In this document: positions 36,470 to 45,906 of the stretch, piece after piece
Layout: every line of letters starts with the position of its first letter
Numbering within the stretch: the stretch's first letter is position 1
From: Nitrosopumilus sp.
GTDB lineage: Archaea; Thermoproteota; Nitrososphaeria; Nitrososphaerales; Nitrosopumilaceae
Length of the DNA: 45,906 nt
Assembly: GCA_965207075.1 (NCBI GenBank)
Contig: CBDBLO010000001.1
Location: 1 to 45,906, forward strand
Direction of reading: 5' to 3'
Made by a program: the position numbers and the translations under genes
The notes under the pieces: generated by a model
Database searches by the model: none
Told to the model about the DNA's origin: nothing
What the model saw: the letters and a program-made list of their open reading frames with translations, nothing else

Positions 36470-37045
36470 TCACCGCACGAACTCAAAGCTCAGCACGTTC
36501 TCCTGCCCGCTGGTCATCGAGCTGAGGTTGTAAAAGACGTCGCCTGTCACGCGCCAGGACGCCGTGCCGTCCTGCAGCGCATCCCACAGCCCGGGGCTGC
36601 CCTGGTTTTGGAGGCTTACCGTGTCCCTCAGGGTGATGGTGCCGCCTGCAAGCAGCGTGTAGTAGCTGGAGCCGAACTCGACCATCCCCCCGGGGCGGGT
36701 GCCTATCTGCCCCCCGGATACGGGGATGACGTCGCCGCCGGTGTGCGCGGTCTCAAAGAGCCTGTAGTCGAGCGTCTGGACTATGACGGAGCGCTGGTTG
36801 GGGTTGTGCACGGAGAACGATATCTCGATCGTGGCGGCCCTGTCCGTTATCTTTTCGACTGCGATGTCCTCGAGGGAGACCTGCAGCGGCAGGATCTGGG
36901 CGGGGCTGCTGCTGCCGTCCCCCTGCTGCATCCCGGGCACTAGCGGCGCGTTGTCGGCCACCATGGCGGGCCCCGTCACCAGTATCCCTATTATGATGGC
37001 CACCATCGCGCCCGCCGCCGCGCCTACAAAGATCCTCGGATTCAC
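36470..37045 (-). CDS. Membrane-anchored LEA-2/WHy-domain protein
   Basis: N-terminal TM, FSVHNPN...LDYRL, WRVTG. Confidence 0.7.
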   Translation of the reverse strand: MNPRIFVGAAAGAMVAIIIGILVTGPAMVADNAPLVPGMQQGDGSSSPAQILPLQVSLEDIAVEKITDRAATIEISFSVHNPNQRSVIVQTLDYRLFETAHTGGDVIPVSGGQIGTRPGGMVEFGSSYYTLLAGGTITLRDTVSLQNQGSPGLWDALQDGTASWRVTGDVFYNLSSMTSGQENVLSFEFVR

Positions 37046-37096
37046 TGGTAAATGTGGCAGTGCTTGGTTATTATATCATTGGCGCGCATTATATCC

Positions 37097-37462
37097 ATGC
37101 AGTACTTTCAGGCCGTGCAGAAGGGCAAGCAGCGCGCCGGCAGGTCTCAGATGAAGATGTTCGAGGCGGCCGGCTTTGGGATGCTCACCCTGACCACCAA
37201 GAAGGTGGGCGGATCGTTTGAGCCGGTGGGCGAGGAGGACATGGCGGCCGTAGTCGAGTCCGCCGACGGGTTCGTCGCGATAATAACCGACGCGGACGGG
37301 TACACAAAGGCGCAGTCAAAGGCGGTCACGAGGGACGAGGCCGCGGCCATATACCAAAAGCTGACGGCGGCCGGGGAAGGGGGGGAAGGCGGAATGCCCA
37401 GGTATCCGGGGGAGAGCATACAGATCTGGTCTGAGACGCGCCCCACGGTTCGGGACGTCTGA
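37097..37462 (+). CDS. Hypothetical protein
   Basis: MQYFQAVQKGKQRA...; native codon style; start re-set to ATG 37097. Confidence 0.7.
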   Translation: MQYFQAVQKGKQRAGRSQMKMFEAAGFGMLTLTTKKVGGSFEPVGEEDMAAVVESADGFVAIITDADGYTKAQSKAVTRDEAAAIYQKLTAAGEGGEGGMPRYPGESIQIWSETRPTVRDV

Positions 37463-37472
37463 CCGGCCCCTC

Positions 37473-38252
37473 TCAGCTCTTCTTGCCGCGCCTCTTTGCG
37501 GCGCCGGCGCCGGCGGCGGCCGCGGCCGGCGGCAGGACGATCTCGGTTCCCACCATCCCGGTGCCCCTGATGGCCTTTTCGATAAGCTTGGGGTCGGCCT
37601 TGAGGATGCGCGTGCTTATCCTGGACCGCTCGATTATCTTCAGCGCCACTATATCCATGAGGTCGTAGCCCCCCGCGATGGAGTCCTCGTGGACCAGCAT
37701 GCTCTTGAGTCCCTTGAGCTCGATCCGTTTGAACCTCTTTGCCCGCTTGAACCTGTTGGGATCCATGTCGTACACGCCGTCCACGTCAGTCGCGTTCAGG
37801 AACATGTCGGCGGACACCTTCTCGGCTATCAGGGCCGCGGTGCCGTTGGTGGACTGGCCCGGATGCAGCCCTCCCGCAACCACGATCAGCCCGTCGTCGA
37901 CTGCGTGCCGCACCTCCTGCAGCGTGGTGGGCGGGTGCGAGTACGCGCGGTTCCTCAGCGCGTATATGAGGAGCTTGGCGTTGAGCCGGGATATCTCTAT
38001 GCCGAGCTCGTCCAGGGTGGACTCGTCGGCGCCAAAAAAGCGCGCGTCCGATATGTAGTGGCGCGCGATGGTGCCGCCGCCGGCTATTATTATGGGCTGG
38101 CATATCCTGCTTATCTTTGCAAAAAACGACGCATAGTCCTTGAGGACGCGGGTGTTGTTTGGATCAAAGACCCTGCCGGAGAGCTTTATGACTATCCGCT
38201 TCTTTCTTTTCCGGGTGGTCTGGGGGGCGGGCGTCGGCGGCGGCGTGGTCAT
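37473..38252 (-). CDS. pyrH: UMP kinase
   Basis: [40 protein letters not shown]. Confidence 0.93.
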   Translation of the reverse strand: MTTPPPTPAPQTTRKRKKRIVIKLSGRVFDPNNTRVLKDYASFFAKISRICQPIIIAGGGTIARHYISDARFFGADESTLDELGIEISRLNAKLLIYALRNRAYSHPPTTLQEVRHAVDDGLIVVAGGLHPGQSTNGTAALIAEKVSADMFLNATDVDGVYDMDPNRFKRAKRFKRIELKGLKSMLVHEDSIAGGYDLMDIVALKIIERSRISTRILKADPKLIEKAIRGTGMVGTEIVLPPAAAAAGAGAAKRRGKKS

Positions 38253-39550
38253 GATATGTCATCAAGTGTCGAACGCGTCGCAATTTCAACCTTGTTGCGG
38301 TATCTGGACGTCGTGTAGACGCGCAGGATGTTCATGAACCCGGATATTGCGTGGACCGACGGTATGTCCGATATCGGCATGCGCTCTGCCTCCTTCCCCC
38401 TCCTCCTCCTGCTGCTGCTGCCGCTGCTGCTGCTGCCGCTGCTGCTGCTGCCGCCGGACCGCGGCGAGACCACCAAAATGTGGCTCGACTCGCTCTTTGA
38501 GGGCGCGAGCGGTATGGACGGGGTGGCCGAGCTGTCGACGAATATGGCCGACTCGGGGACGCCCGACGCGTCGGATATCTCGGAGCGCAGCCTGCCGGTC
38601 TTGATGCCCTGCAGCTTGCGGCGGCTTGTAATGATGCGCTCAAAGACGCACTTTAGCAGCCTGCGGTTCTGGTAGTCGACAGCAAGGGACCTTGCGCGGG
38701 CAAGCCCCGGGATATCGGTGGTGGCCATCATGGACAGGACGGGCTCGTCTGTAAGGTTCGGCACGTCGTCCAGGTCAAACGTGGTGAACCCGAACTCGGC
38801 GTCCGATATGCGGAGGGCCTCGAGCAGCATCACCTCCGCGGCGCGGACGGTGCGGTGAAAGTATACTGCCTTGAACATCTGGTACCTGGCATGCATCATG
38901 GACTCAAACGAGTACAGGGCAGAGCGCTCTAGCGCCAGCTCCCTTTTGTGCACGTCAAAGGACTGGAGTATGCGCTGGTGCTCCGTGCGGCCCATCTGGG
39001 CCCCGGTAAAGTAGCTGTCCCGGCGCAGGTAGTCCATCATGTCGGCGCTCAGGGCCCCGGATATGATCTGGTTCATGTACTGGTGGCCGGACGTGCCGAA
39101 CGCGACGTCGACCACCTCTCTCTTGCCAAAGCCGTGCCTGGAGAGTATGTCGCCGATCTCCGACTCCAGTATGAGCCGCCTGCCGAACTGCTCGTGGGAC
39201 GAGTGGCTGAGGTGCAGTATCTCCTCAAACAGGTGCGAGAACGGGCCGTGCCCTATGTCGTGCAGCAGGGCGGCCATGCGCAGCAGGGCGAGCCTGTCCG
39301 GGTCCATGATGCCCTTGTCCATCAGCATGTGCCCCGCCTGGCTTGCGATGTGCATCACGCCAAGCGAGTGCTCGAACCGGGTATGCTGCGCCGACGGGTA
39401 CGTCAGGTGCGCCCCGCTCAGCTGCCTTATGCGCCGCAGCCTCTGAAAGAGCGGGTGGTCTATGACCGCGACCTCCCGGTCAAAGACCCTGATGTACCCG
39501 TGTATGGGGTCGATGATGTCCAGGTATCTCTTGGCGGGCGCGGCGGTCAT
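38249..39550 (-). CDS. HD-superfamily phosphohydrolase (SAMHD1/dNTPase-like)
   Basis: [53 protein letters not shown]. Confidence 0.92.
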   Translation of the reverse strand: MTAAPAKRYLDIIDPIHGYIRVFDREVAVIDHPLFQRLRRIRQLSGAHLTYPSAQHTRFEHSLGVMHIASQAGHMLMDKGIMDPDRLALLRMAALLHDIGHGPFSHLFEEILHLSHSSHEQFGRRLILESEIGDILSRHGFGKREVVDVAFGTSGHQYMNQIISGALSADMMDYLRRDSYFTGAQMGRTEHQRILQSFDVHKRELALERSALYSFESMMHARYQMFKAVYFHRTVRAAEVMLLEALRISDAEFGFTTFDLDDVPNLTDEPVLSMMATTDIPGLARARSLAVDYQNRRLLKCVFERIITSRRKLQGIKTGRLRSEISDASGVPESAIFVDSSATPSIPLAPSKSESSHILVVSPRSGGSSSSGSSSSGSSSRRRRGKEAERMPISDIPSVHAISGFMNILRVYTTSRYRNKVEIATRSTLDDIS

Positions 39551-40338
39551 GCGCGGCCCCGCCTCCCGCCCTTCCGGGGGGCGCCCGCAGCGGTCCGGGG
39601 GGGGCGTGCTGCCGCAGGCGCCGCCGGTTTCTTCTTCTTCTTATTGTTCTTATTTGCCGGCGCCGCTTTCTTTCTTGGCGCTTTTGCGCTTCGCGCCGCC
39701 GTGCCTGGCGCCGCCCCTCCCGCCTTCCTGGCAGGCCGTCCGGTCCCGGCAGCCCCCAGCCTTGGCAGGAGATACCCGAGCATCTCCGCGTGGACGTCGC
39801 CCTTGGGTTTGTCCGCGCCCACCACCTTCCAGCGCCTCTTCTTGGCCATGGACAGGTATTCTGCGCGCACCGACCCGAGGAACTTTTTGTCGCGCTCAAG
39901 CTTGTCGCGGTCGGCGGGGCGCCTCTCAAAGGACACCGCAACTGGAATGTCAAGGAGTATGGTAAACGCGGCCTCCGGCATTCCGCGTTCCAGGCTCTCA
40001 AGCCATTTGCGGTCGACGCCGTTTGCGGCGCCGTATATGACGTTGGAGGAGTGGTACCTGTCCATTATGACGACGTCGTGGCCCGGCAGCGCGCCCTCTA
40101 TCACGTGCAGGAACTCCCACTTGTTGGCGGCCTGCAGGCAGTGAAATACCTGGGGCGGAATCCTTTTGCGCCTCTTTGCAACCAGGTGGTGGCTTATCGC
40201 GCGCCCGATGGGCGTGTCATACCTTGGAAAATGGAACAGTTTCGTCGACATGCCGCGCCTTTTGAGCGCCCTCTGCAGCATTACGGACTGCGTGTGCTTG
40301 CCCGCCTGGTCCACCCCCTCTATCGCGACTATCAACAC
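39547..40338 (-). CDS. tmk: Thymidylate kinase with basic C-terminal tail
   Basis: IEGVDQAGKHTQ, FPRYDTPIG, VIMDRYHSSN..YG. Confidence 0.92.
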   Translation of the reverse strand: MLIVAIEGVDQAGKHTQSVMLQRALKRRGMSTKLFHFPRYDTPIGRAISHHLVAKRRKRIPPQVFHCLQAANKWEFLHVIEGALPGHDVVIMDRYHSSNVIYGAANGVDRKWLESLERGMPEAAFTILLDIPVAVSFERRPADRDKLERDKKFLGSVRAEYLSMAKKRRWKVVGADKPKGDVHAEMLGYLLPRLGAAGTGRPARKAGGAAPGTAARSAKAPRKKAAPANKNNKKKKKPAAPAAARPPRTAAGAPRKGGRRGRA

Positions 40339-40455
40339 GGTGTGGCCGCACGCACATAATAAAAGCAGAATGGATTGGATGTGGCAGCGGCCGCTCCCCC
40401 GCGCCCCGCGCGCCCCACGGTCAAATACTTATAGCTTGACGGCCCACACACGTCG

Positions 40456-40962
40456 ATGGGTCCGGCAGAGAGGTTGGCGCAGGAGATGACGAGGGAGATC
40501 GGGGCCAAGACCAGGGAGTTCTACGAGTTTGTGTTGCCCCCGATTGACATGTACGTCAGGGACGACAGCCTGATCGTGGCAGCCGACATGCCCGGGTTTG
40601 AGAAAAAAGACATCAGTGTAACGCTGAGGGGCAGGATGCTCCGCATCCAGGCGTGCAAGGAGAGGGAGGCATGGCTTGACATCAGGGGCGGCGAGGGCGG
40701 CCCGGACGATAACGATAACGGCGGCGAGATAATCTGCGCCCAGCGCCCCAGCTTTGTGGACAAGAAGATACGCATCCCGGCGGCCGCGGCATTCCGTCCG
40801 AGGCGAGACAGGAGGGATGACGGCAACGACGGCGCGCCGGCAGAGGGCGAGGAGAAGGAGGAAGACAAGCGGCAGTCCCCCACTGCAAAGTACGAGAAGG
40901 GGGTCCTGACCATAGTGATACCGGTCAGGAAGAGAAAGGGGCTCGAGATTGCCGTAAAGTAG
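40456..40962 (+). CDS. Small heat shock protein (Hsp20)
   Basis: PPIDMY...ADMPGFEKKDISV...AKYEKGVLTIVIP. Confidence 0.88.
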   Translation: MGPAERLAQEMTREIGAKTREFYEFVLPPIDMYVRDDSLIVAADMPGFEKKDISVTLRGRMLRIQACKEREAWLDIRGGEGGPDDNDNGGEIICAQRPSFVDKKIRIPAAAAFRPRRDRRDDGNDGAPAEGEEKEEDKRQSPTAKYEKGVLTIVIPVRKRKGLEIAVK

Positions 40963-40970
40963 CGGCACGG

Positions 40971-42647
40971 TTATCGGCGGCGCCTCTTGTGCGCAAGTAC
41001 GGCCGACGCGGCCATTATTGCAAGCGAGCCGGCCATGCCCGCCGCCGCGGCCGGCTCGGCCGCGCCGTGCAGCGCGTACACGACGGCCGATCCCGCAAAC
41101 ACGGCCCCGGAGAATATCGAGCCGGACAAAAGTATCATGTTGGCGTCGGCGCGGTTCTCCCGCCGCCTTGTGCCGAACGCGTGCGGCTTGGACTCGTCCA
41201 GATACCGCTTGAGCTCGGGCGCGATCGATATCGTCGCGTCAATCGACTTTGCAAGCCTCGTTATGGAGTGCTTTATCTCCTCCACGTACGCGTCCTTGAT
41301 GAGGCTCTCCTCCTCCAGAATCTCGCGCAGCACGCGCACGAACTTGAAGTCGACCTCGTGCGTCTTGTATATGCCCTCTATGATCGAGGCCATCCTCATG
41401 TACAGCGCCAGGTTCTTTGGAAGCACGAACGGAAACCGACTCATCGTGCGGTTTGCCATCTCCATCAGGCTCTGCACCTCCATCTCGTCGGGCTTGCGCC
41501 CGTGCATGGCCCTGACTGTCATCTCGACTCCCCTCTCCACCACCTCCCTGTTCGTATCGGGCACGAGCATGCCAAGGTCGCTCATCGCGTTGACCGTCCG
41601 GGGCGGATCCTTCTCGACCAGGGCCAGGTACAGGCGGACCAGCCTCATCCTGGTCTCGTCGTCGAGCCTGCCCACCATCCCATAGTCGTAGAGGATCAGC
41701 CTGCCGTCGTCGGTTACGGATATGTTCCCGGGGTGCGGATCCGCGTGGAATACGGAGTGCCTCAGCAGCATCGTAAAGAAGACCTTGTGCACGTCGACTA
41801 CCAGCCTCTGCCGGTCGATTCCCTTCTCGTCAAGCGACGCGATGTCCGTTATCTTGATGCCGGGTATGTACTCCATGGTCAGGACGTCCCTTGAGGACAG
41901 GTCGTCTAGCACCGACGGCACTATCACCGACGATGGTGACGACGCGGCGCCGTTGCTGCCGTTACGGCGGCGGCGGCGGCTGCTGCTGCTACCGCCGCCG
42001 GCAGAGGACATGTCCCTCTTTATCCTCTTGAGGTTGTCCGACTCGGCGGTATAGTCCATCTCCTCCCGGATGCTCTCGGTAAACTGGGAGAGCATGGCCT
42101 GCGCCGAGTACCTCAGGTTCGGGTCGACAAAGCGCAGGGCAAGCGGCAGCGCCTTTTTGAGGGCGGCTAGATCGCGCTTGACCATCCCCTCTATCCCGGG
42201 CCTCCTCACCTTTACTGCCACCTGCCTGCCGCCGTATACGGCGCGGTACACCTGGCCCAGCGAGGCGCCCGATATGGGCGTCTTGTCGATCTCCTCAAAC
42301 GTGTCGCCAAGGGGCCCCAGCTCCCTCTCAAGTATGGGTCTGACCTCCTCAAACGGCGCGGCCGGCACGTCGTCCTGGAGCTTGGCCAGCTCCCCGAGGT
42401 ACGGGTGGGGCAGTATGTCCGCGCGCGACGAGAGCCACTGCCCCAGCTTGATGTAGACGGGCCCGAGCGATATGAGCGCGTTTAGCATGCGGCGAGCGTT
42501 TGAGCGGAACGCGTCCTCGTCAATCGCGCTGTCCTGCCCGCCGTCCCCGTCCTTGAGGCTGGCCCACCTGCGCCTGTCACGGCGCAGGGCAATCACGGAC
42601 GGCAGCAGCTTCAACAGCACCATGACGGCGCGCAGCGTTGCAGACAT
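40971..42647 (-). CDS. AarF/ABC1/UbiB-family kinase
   Basis: LGPVYIKLGQWLS, SGASLGQVYRA, VAVKVRRP, FHADPHPGN, YDYGMVG, C-terminal TMs. Confidence 0.92.
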   Translation of the reverse strand: MSATLRAVMVLLKLLPSVIALRRDRRRWASLKDGDGGQDSAIDEDAFRSNARRMLNALISLGPVYIKLGQWLSSRADILPHPYLGELAKLQDDVPAAPFEEVRPILERELGPLGDTFEEIDKTPISGASLGQVYRAVYGGRQVAVKVRRPGIEGMVKRDLAALKKALPLALRFVDPNLRYSAQAMLSQFTESIREEMDYTAESDNLKRIKRDMSSAGGGSSSSRRRRRNGSNGAASSPSSVIVPSVLDDLSSRDVLTMEYIPGIKITDIASLDEKGIDRQRLVVDVHKVFFTMLLRHSVFHADPHPGNISVTDDGRLILYDYGMVGRLDDETRMRLVRLYLALVEKDPPRTVNAMSDLGMLVPDTNREVVERGVEMTVRAMHGRKPDEMEVQSLMEMANRTMSRFPFVLPKNLALYMRMASIIEGIYKTHEVDFKFVRVLREILEEESLIKDAYVEEIKHSITRLAKSIDATISIAPELKRYLDESKPHAFGTRRRENRADANMILLSGSIFSGAVFAGSAVVYALHGAAEPAAAAGMAGSLAIMAASAVLAHKRRRR

Positions 42648-42650
42648 CAG

Positions 42651-43097
42651 TCACACCTCGGTGTCGCGGCGGCGTAGCCTGCGGCGGACCTCTTTTGCGG
42701 CCGCGTACGACGCGCATCCCGACGCGGCGGCCGCGGCGGCGGCCACGAGCAGAGAGCGGCCAGTCCTCCCGCTGTCGTTTCCGCCGCTGCAGCCTACGCT
42801 CTTTGATGCGGCGTATGCAAGCGCGCCCGCCGCAAGCCCGCAGCCGGCACCGATCAGAACCTCGGGCGCGTCGCGTATCAGGTGCCCGAGCGGGTCCCTG
42901 CGCGGATCCACCCTGTCCGCGTGCACGGTATAGCAGTCGTCATACTCCCGTATGTGCAGGTTGCCATACCTGTACTGCCGGCGGGAGCCCTGCGGCTCGC
43001 CCAGCACGGTCTCCTCGGCCCAGTCGGGCATAAACTCGCGCGCCTCCTTTGGGACGCGTATCTCATTATGATCGCCTGCGTCATACATGTGCAACAT
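42651..43097 (-). CDS. Archaeal hypothetical membrane protein
   Basis: QYRYGNLHIREYDD...HADRVDPRRDPLGHLIRDAPE followed by hydrophobic segments. Confidence 0.75.
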   Translation of the reverse strand: MLHMYDAGDHNEIRVPKEAREFMPDWAEETVLGEPQGSRRQYRYGNLHIREYDDCYTVHADRVDPRRDPLGHLIRDAPEVLIGAGCGLAAGALAYAASKSVGCSGGNDSGRTGRSLLVAAAAAAASGCASYAAAKEVRRRLRRRDTEV

Positions 43098-43192
43098 GCA
43101 TGGTTGCGGTTGGTTATAACCTTAGAGATCGGGCTGCCCGCAGATCGCGCCACAATCGGATCGCGAGCGACTCCCTCTTCCTCAGTTACTGC

Positions 43193-43528
43193 TCACTTAT
43201 GGTACCCATGACTCTCATGTGCTACCTGAAACGACAGCCTTTCTAGGGTCTTGGCCCTCTCAGAGTCGGGGTTGATCTTGAACATTATTGCCCTGCCCAC
43301 GCTTCTTGTCCGAAGCAGTACGCCGTCGGATTCAAGCCTGTGGACTATGCGTAACGTGGTCTTTATCCCGACACCCGACATGTTGGCAATGTCCGTGATG
43401 GAATAGTCAAACGCCTTCATGATTATCATGTGATCCAGTATGCGCGACTCCGAGCACGGAAGGATGTTCGCTAGCGGCCCGACATCCCCCTCCAACTGTT
43501 GGTCTACTGCATGTGCAGTCATTACCAT
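43193..43528 (-). CDS. Winged helix-turn-helix protein
   Basis: FDYSITDIANMSGVG...LESDGVLLRTRSVGRAIMFKIN. Confidence 0.8.
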   Translation of the reverse strand: MVMTAHAVDQQLEGDVGPLANILPCSESRILDHMIIMKAFDYSITDIANMSGVGIKTTLRIVHRLESDGVLLRTRSVGRAIMFKINPDSERAKTLERLSFQVAHESHGYHK

Positions 43529-43555
43529 GCTGTATGGAGGGGAAGATAAGATATA

Positions 43556-43579
43556 ATTTTACCCACAATATGGTAAAAT
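43556..43579. promoter_or_regulatory. Palindromic operator candidate ATTTTACC-N8-GGTAAAAT
   Basis: Perfect 8-bp inverted repeat between the wHTH gene and the divergent pseudogene. Confidence 0.5.
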
Positions 43580-43613
43580 GATACCATATGTGTGACTCCT
43601 GCCGGTCTGCAGC

Positions 43614-43746
43614 ATGAGCAAAATTGAGATTACAGTACTGAGGAAAATGCACTCGTATTGTTATGTTGGCAAAAGGCATAACATCGTTGGACAACCTACC
43701 CAAGGGTTTTTCAAAGAACGAACATGGCAACGAGACTAAGACGTGA
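43614..43746 (+). pseudogene. Frameshifted, truncated small archaeal protein (GxxHTSxDNLPKGF family)
   Basis: MSKIEITVLRKMHSYCYVGKRH, then after a one-base shift TSLDNLPKGFSKNEHG...*. Confidence 0.5.
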
Positions 43747-43770
43747 CAAGTATATCGCGCGTTCCATAAA

Positions 43771-43977
43771 TCAGGATGCAAACCCGCGCTTCATCTTCTG
43801 CTTTGTGAATACGGCAAAGCTCGCGACAAAGGCGGCCAGCATGCCTATGCCCGTGACATACGCATAGTTGAACGCGCCGGGATCGTCGCTTTCCGTGTGG
43901 CCCGTGTTGATCGCAAAGGTCGCGACAAGCAGCGCGGCCCCCGCGAACGCCAAGAGTCTGTGAAGCTCCAACGGCAT
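43771..43977 (-). CDS. Small two-TM membrane protein
   Basis: Two hydrophobic helices; TTATTAA upstream. Confidence 0.6.
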   Translation of the reverse strand: MPLELHRLLAFAGAALLVATFAINTGHTESDDPGAFNYAYVTGIGMLAAFVASFAVFTKQKMKRGFAS

Positions 43978-44026
43978 CTGTGCGCGGCCCCCGCATTAAT
44001 AACCAACCAGTTGCGTGGCGGGCGGG

Positions 44027-45538
44027 TCACAGCTTGGCGGCCGCACCTGAGGGGCCGCCCGCGGTGCCGCTGTCGTCGTCGCCGTCGGCGTCGCCCGCGC
44101 CTGCATCGTCGTCAAGGTACGCTTCGTCGCGCCTGCTGCGCCGCCTCGCGGCCACGCGCCACAGGACGATAACCACGCCTATCACCGCGAGGATCGCGAC
44201 TGCCACAAGCGTGTTGACCGGGCTGCCGTCGCCGCCCCCTTCTCCAAGGCCGGCGCCCGCCCCGTCGCCGGGCGCGCTCAAATCAAACGGGTTGCGCTCA
44301 GGCGGGGGCGGCTCCGGGACGGCCACCCGCGCGTCGTGGCTGAGCACGTGCTCCTCCCTTATGCTGTCCTTGTATCTCACGTCTATCCGTATGTCGTGCT
44401 CCCCGTACCTTGGCTGGCCCTCGAATTCAGCGGGTATGTTAAACGGAACCGGCGCGTCGACCTCTATCTCGTCGATGAACTGCGTGACGGGCCTCAGGTT
44501 GGAGCCCTCTAGGGGAGTCACGTGCACGAACCCGAAGAGCCCGTCCTCGTTTCCCTCGTTTATGATCTCGCCTATGATCATGGGCTCGCCGGATATCTCG
44601 ATCACCCCCACGTTGAACACGGACAGCTCTATGAGCCCCTTTACGAAAAAGTCCACGATCTTCGATACGGTCACCTTGTCCCCGTGTGCGTTGTAGTACG
44701 ACACCTCAAGCGGTATGCGCAGGGTCTCGCCGCTGAGCGTCTCCGGGACGTACACGGTCGTGGTGATTATACTTGAGCCCCCGGGCCCGATCTGCCCCAG
44801 GTCCCAGCTCGAGGCGGAGAGCACCACGTTCTCGACGTTGGTGGTGGAGGCTGCAGTCGAGACGCGCTCCGTCTGCGTGTTCGCGGCAGTGACCTCGACA
44901 CCCGCAAGCGGGGCCGTCCCGTCGTTTGCAATCAGTACGTCGATCTCGTTCACGCGCAGGGACGTCAGGAACGGCTCCAGGGCCCTTACGTTGACCACCG
45001 TGTCGCCGGTGACCTTGAAGTCAAACGTCTCAAACGCGGTGCGCGTGCCGGACTCGCGCAGCCTCGAATAGTCCACCTTGGCCGCGGCCGTATACTGCTG
45101 TATCTCCGTGTTCGCGTCTATGTTGACAAAGAACGTGAGCGCAAAGCTCTCGCCGGCCCTGGAGTTCGAGTCGCTGTCCGCGTATATGACCGACCCGGGG
45201 CCGTCGGAGGGGGAGAACCCGAGCGGCATCGACAGCTGCCCCCGGATCCCGGTTATATCCTGCGTGCCGACGTTTGCGAATATCACCGTGAACGGGACGT
45301 TGCTGTCACCGGCCTCCACCTCTATCTTCTCGTCGGCCGTGCCAAAGTACGCGTCAAGGAACTTTACGTCGCCAAAGTCGCGCTCAAACGGCGAGTCTCC
45401 AAAGCCGCCGTACGTAGGGAGTTGGGCGTGCGCCGGCGCGGGCATCGCGGCAGACGCGAGCAGGGGCAGTACCAGCACCAGCACCAGCACCAGCGGCAGC
45501 GGGGCGGCTGGCAGACGAGGGGCCGCCGTTGCGCCCAT
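44027..45538 (-). CDS. COG1361-like exported Ig-fold protein with C-terminal TM anchor
   Basis: Signal peptide; repeated NxG motifs (FANVGT, IANDGT, IINEGN); C-terminal TM plus basic tail; downstream of an ABC ATPase. Confidence 0.75.
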   Translation of the reverse strand: MGATAAPRLPAAPLPLVLVLVLVLPLLASAAMPAPAHAQLPTYGGFGDSPFERDFGDVKFLDAYFGTADEKIEVEAGDSNVPFTVIFANVGTQDITGIRGQLSMPLGFSPSDGPGSVIYADSDSNSRAGESFALTFFVNIDANTEIQQYTAAAKVDYSRLRESGTRTAFETFDFKVTGDTVVNVRALEPFLTSLRVNEIDVLIANDGTAPLAGVEVTAANTQTERVSTAASTTNVENVVLSASSWDLGQIGPGGSSIITTTVYVPETLSGETLRIPLEVSYYNAHGDKVTVSKIVDFFVKGLIELSVFNVGVIEISGEPMIIGEIINEGNEDGLFGFVHVTPLEGSNLRPVTQFIDEIEVDAPVPFNIPAEFEGQPRYGEHDIRIDVRYKDSIREEHVLSHDARVAVPEPPPPERNPFDLSAPGDGAGAGLGEGGGDGSPVNTLVAVAILAVIGVVIVLWRVAARRRSRRDEAYLDDDAGAGDADGDDDSGTAGGPSGAAAKL

Positions 45539-45906
45539 CTACGGGAGCACCCCCCTCTTGCGCGCTGCTGTTGCCGCGGCGGCGGCGGTGGGGGCAGTAG
45601 CGGCGGGCGCCTCCTGGCCGCCCCCCTCCTCCTCCTCGTACACCCTTCCGTCGCTGACGGTTATCACCCTGTCGACCTCGCCAAAGTACTCCCTGTCGTG
45701 CGTCACGACCACGAACGTCTGGTTGAGCCTCCTGGCCGTGTCCTTCATGAGCCGCACGACCGACTCGGACGACACGGAGTCGAGGTTTCCCGTCGGCTCG
45801 TCGGCAAGCACGATCGAGGGCCTGTTTATCAGGCCCCGGGCTATGGCCGCCCTCTGCGCCTGCCCCCCCGAGACCTTGTTTGCGCGCTGCGCCGCCTGAG
45901 CCTCCA
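45539..45906 (-). CDS. LolD/MacB-type ABC transporter ATP-binding protein, 5' end outside window
   Basis: VSGGQAQRAAIARGLINRPSIVLADEPTGNLD...VVVTHD. Confidence 0.92.
   Translation of the reverse strand, partial: EAQAAQRANKVSGGQAQRAAIARGLINRPSIVLADEPTGNLDSVSSESVVRLMKDTARRLNQTFVVVTHDREYFGEVDRVITVSDGRVYEEEEGGGQEAPAATAPTAAAAATAARKRGVLP

Noticed and set aside
43107-44010. GGTTGGTT motif beside TATA-like boxes (14278, 43108, ~44001)
   Set aside because: Orientation relative to the neighbouring genes is inconsistent and there are too few instances.

Overview
GC-rich archaeal DNA, inferred to be Nitrososphaerota (Thaumarchaeota, Nitrosopumilaceae-like) from the SlaA-type S-layer genes, tetraether synthase, F420 enzymes and solo Cas4-like gene. 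A host-associated lineage is possible but not shown. Bases 1-20 kb form an unusual S-layer locus. Two convergent giant slaA paralogues (A, 1-4725 +; B, 7007-14179 -) share about 0.7 kb of apparently identical inverted 3' sequence around an intact IS5-family element. Next come a secreted FN3/HEXXH metallopeptidase gene (D), an IS630 remnant, and a chimeric gene (C) fusing a His-less copy of that peptidase to the internal repeat stalk of SlaA. The three stalk copies are mosaics of one another and stop matching at the same codon, which suggests modular S-layer variation by recombination or gene conversion. Bases 20-46 kb are mostly housekeeping genes (npdG, aminotransferase, tRNA-Arg, PGI/PMI, mtnA, tes, pyrH, tmk, Hsp20, UbiB kinase, ABC ATPase). 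Small low-GC islets interrupt them: an exonuclease pair, Dam plus hicB plus a DUF3800-like gene with a structured RNA candidate, and a wHTH gene with a pseudogene partner. All family calls come from motif recognition by eye; no searches were run.
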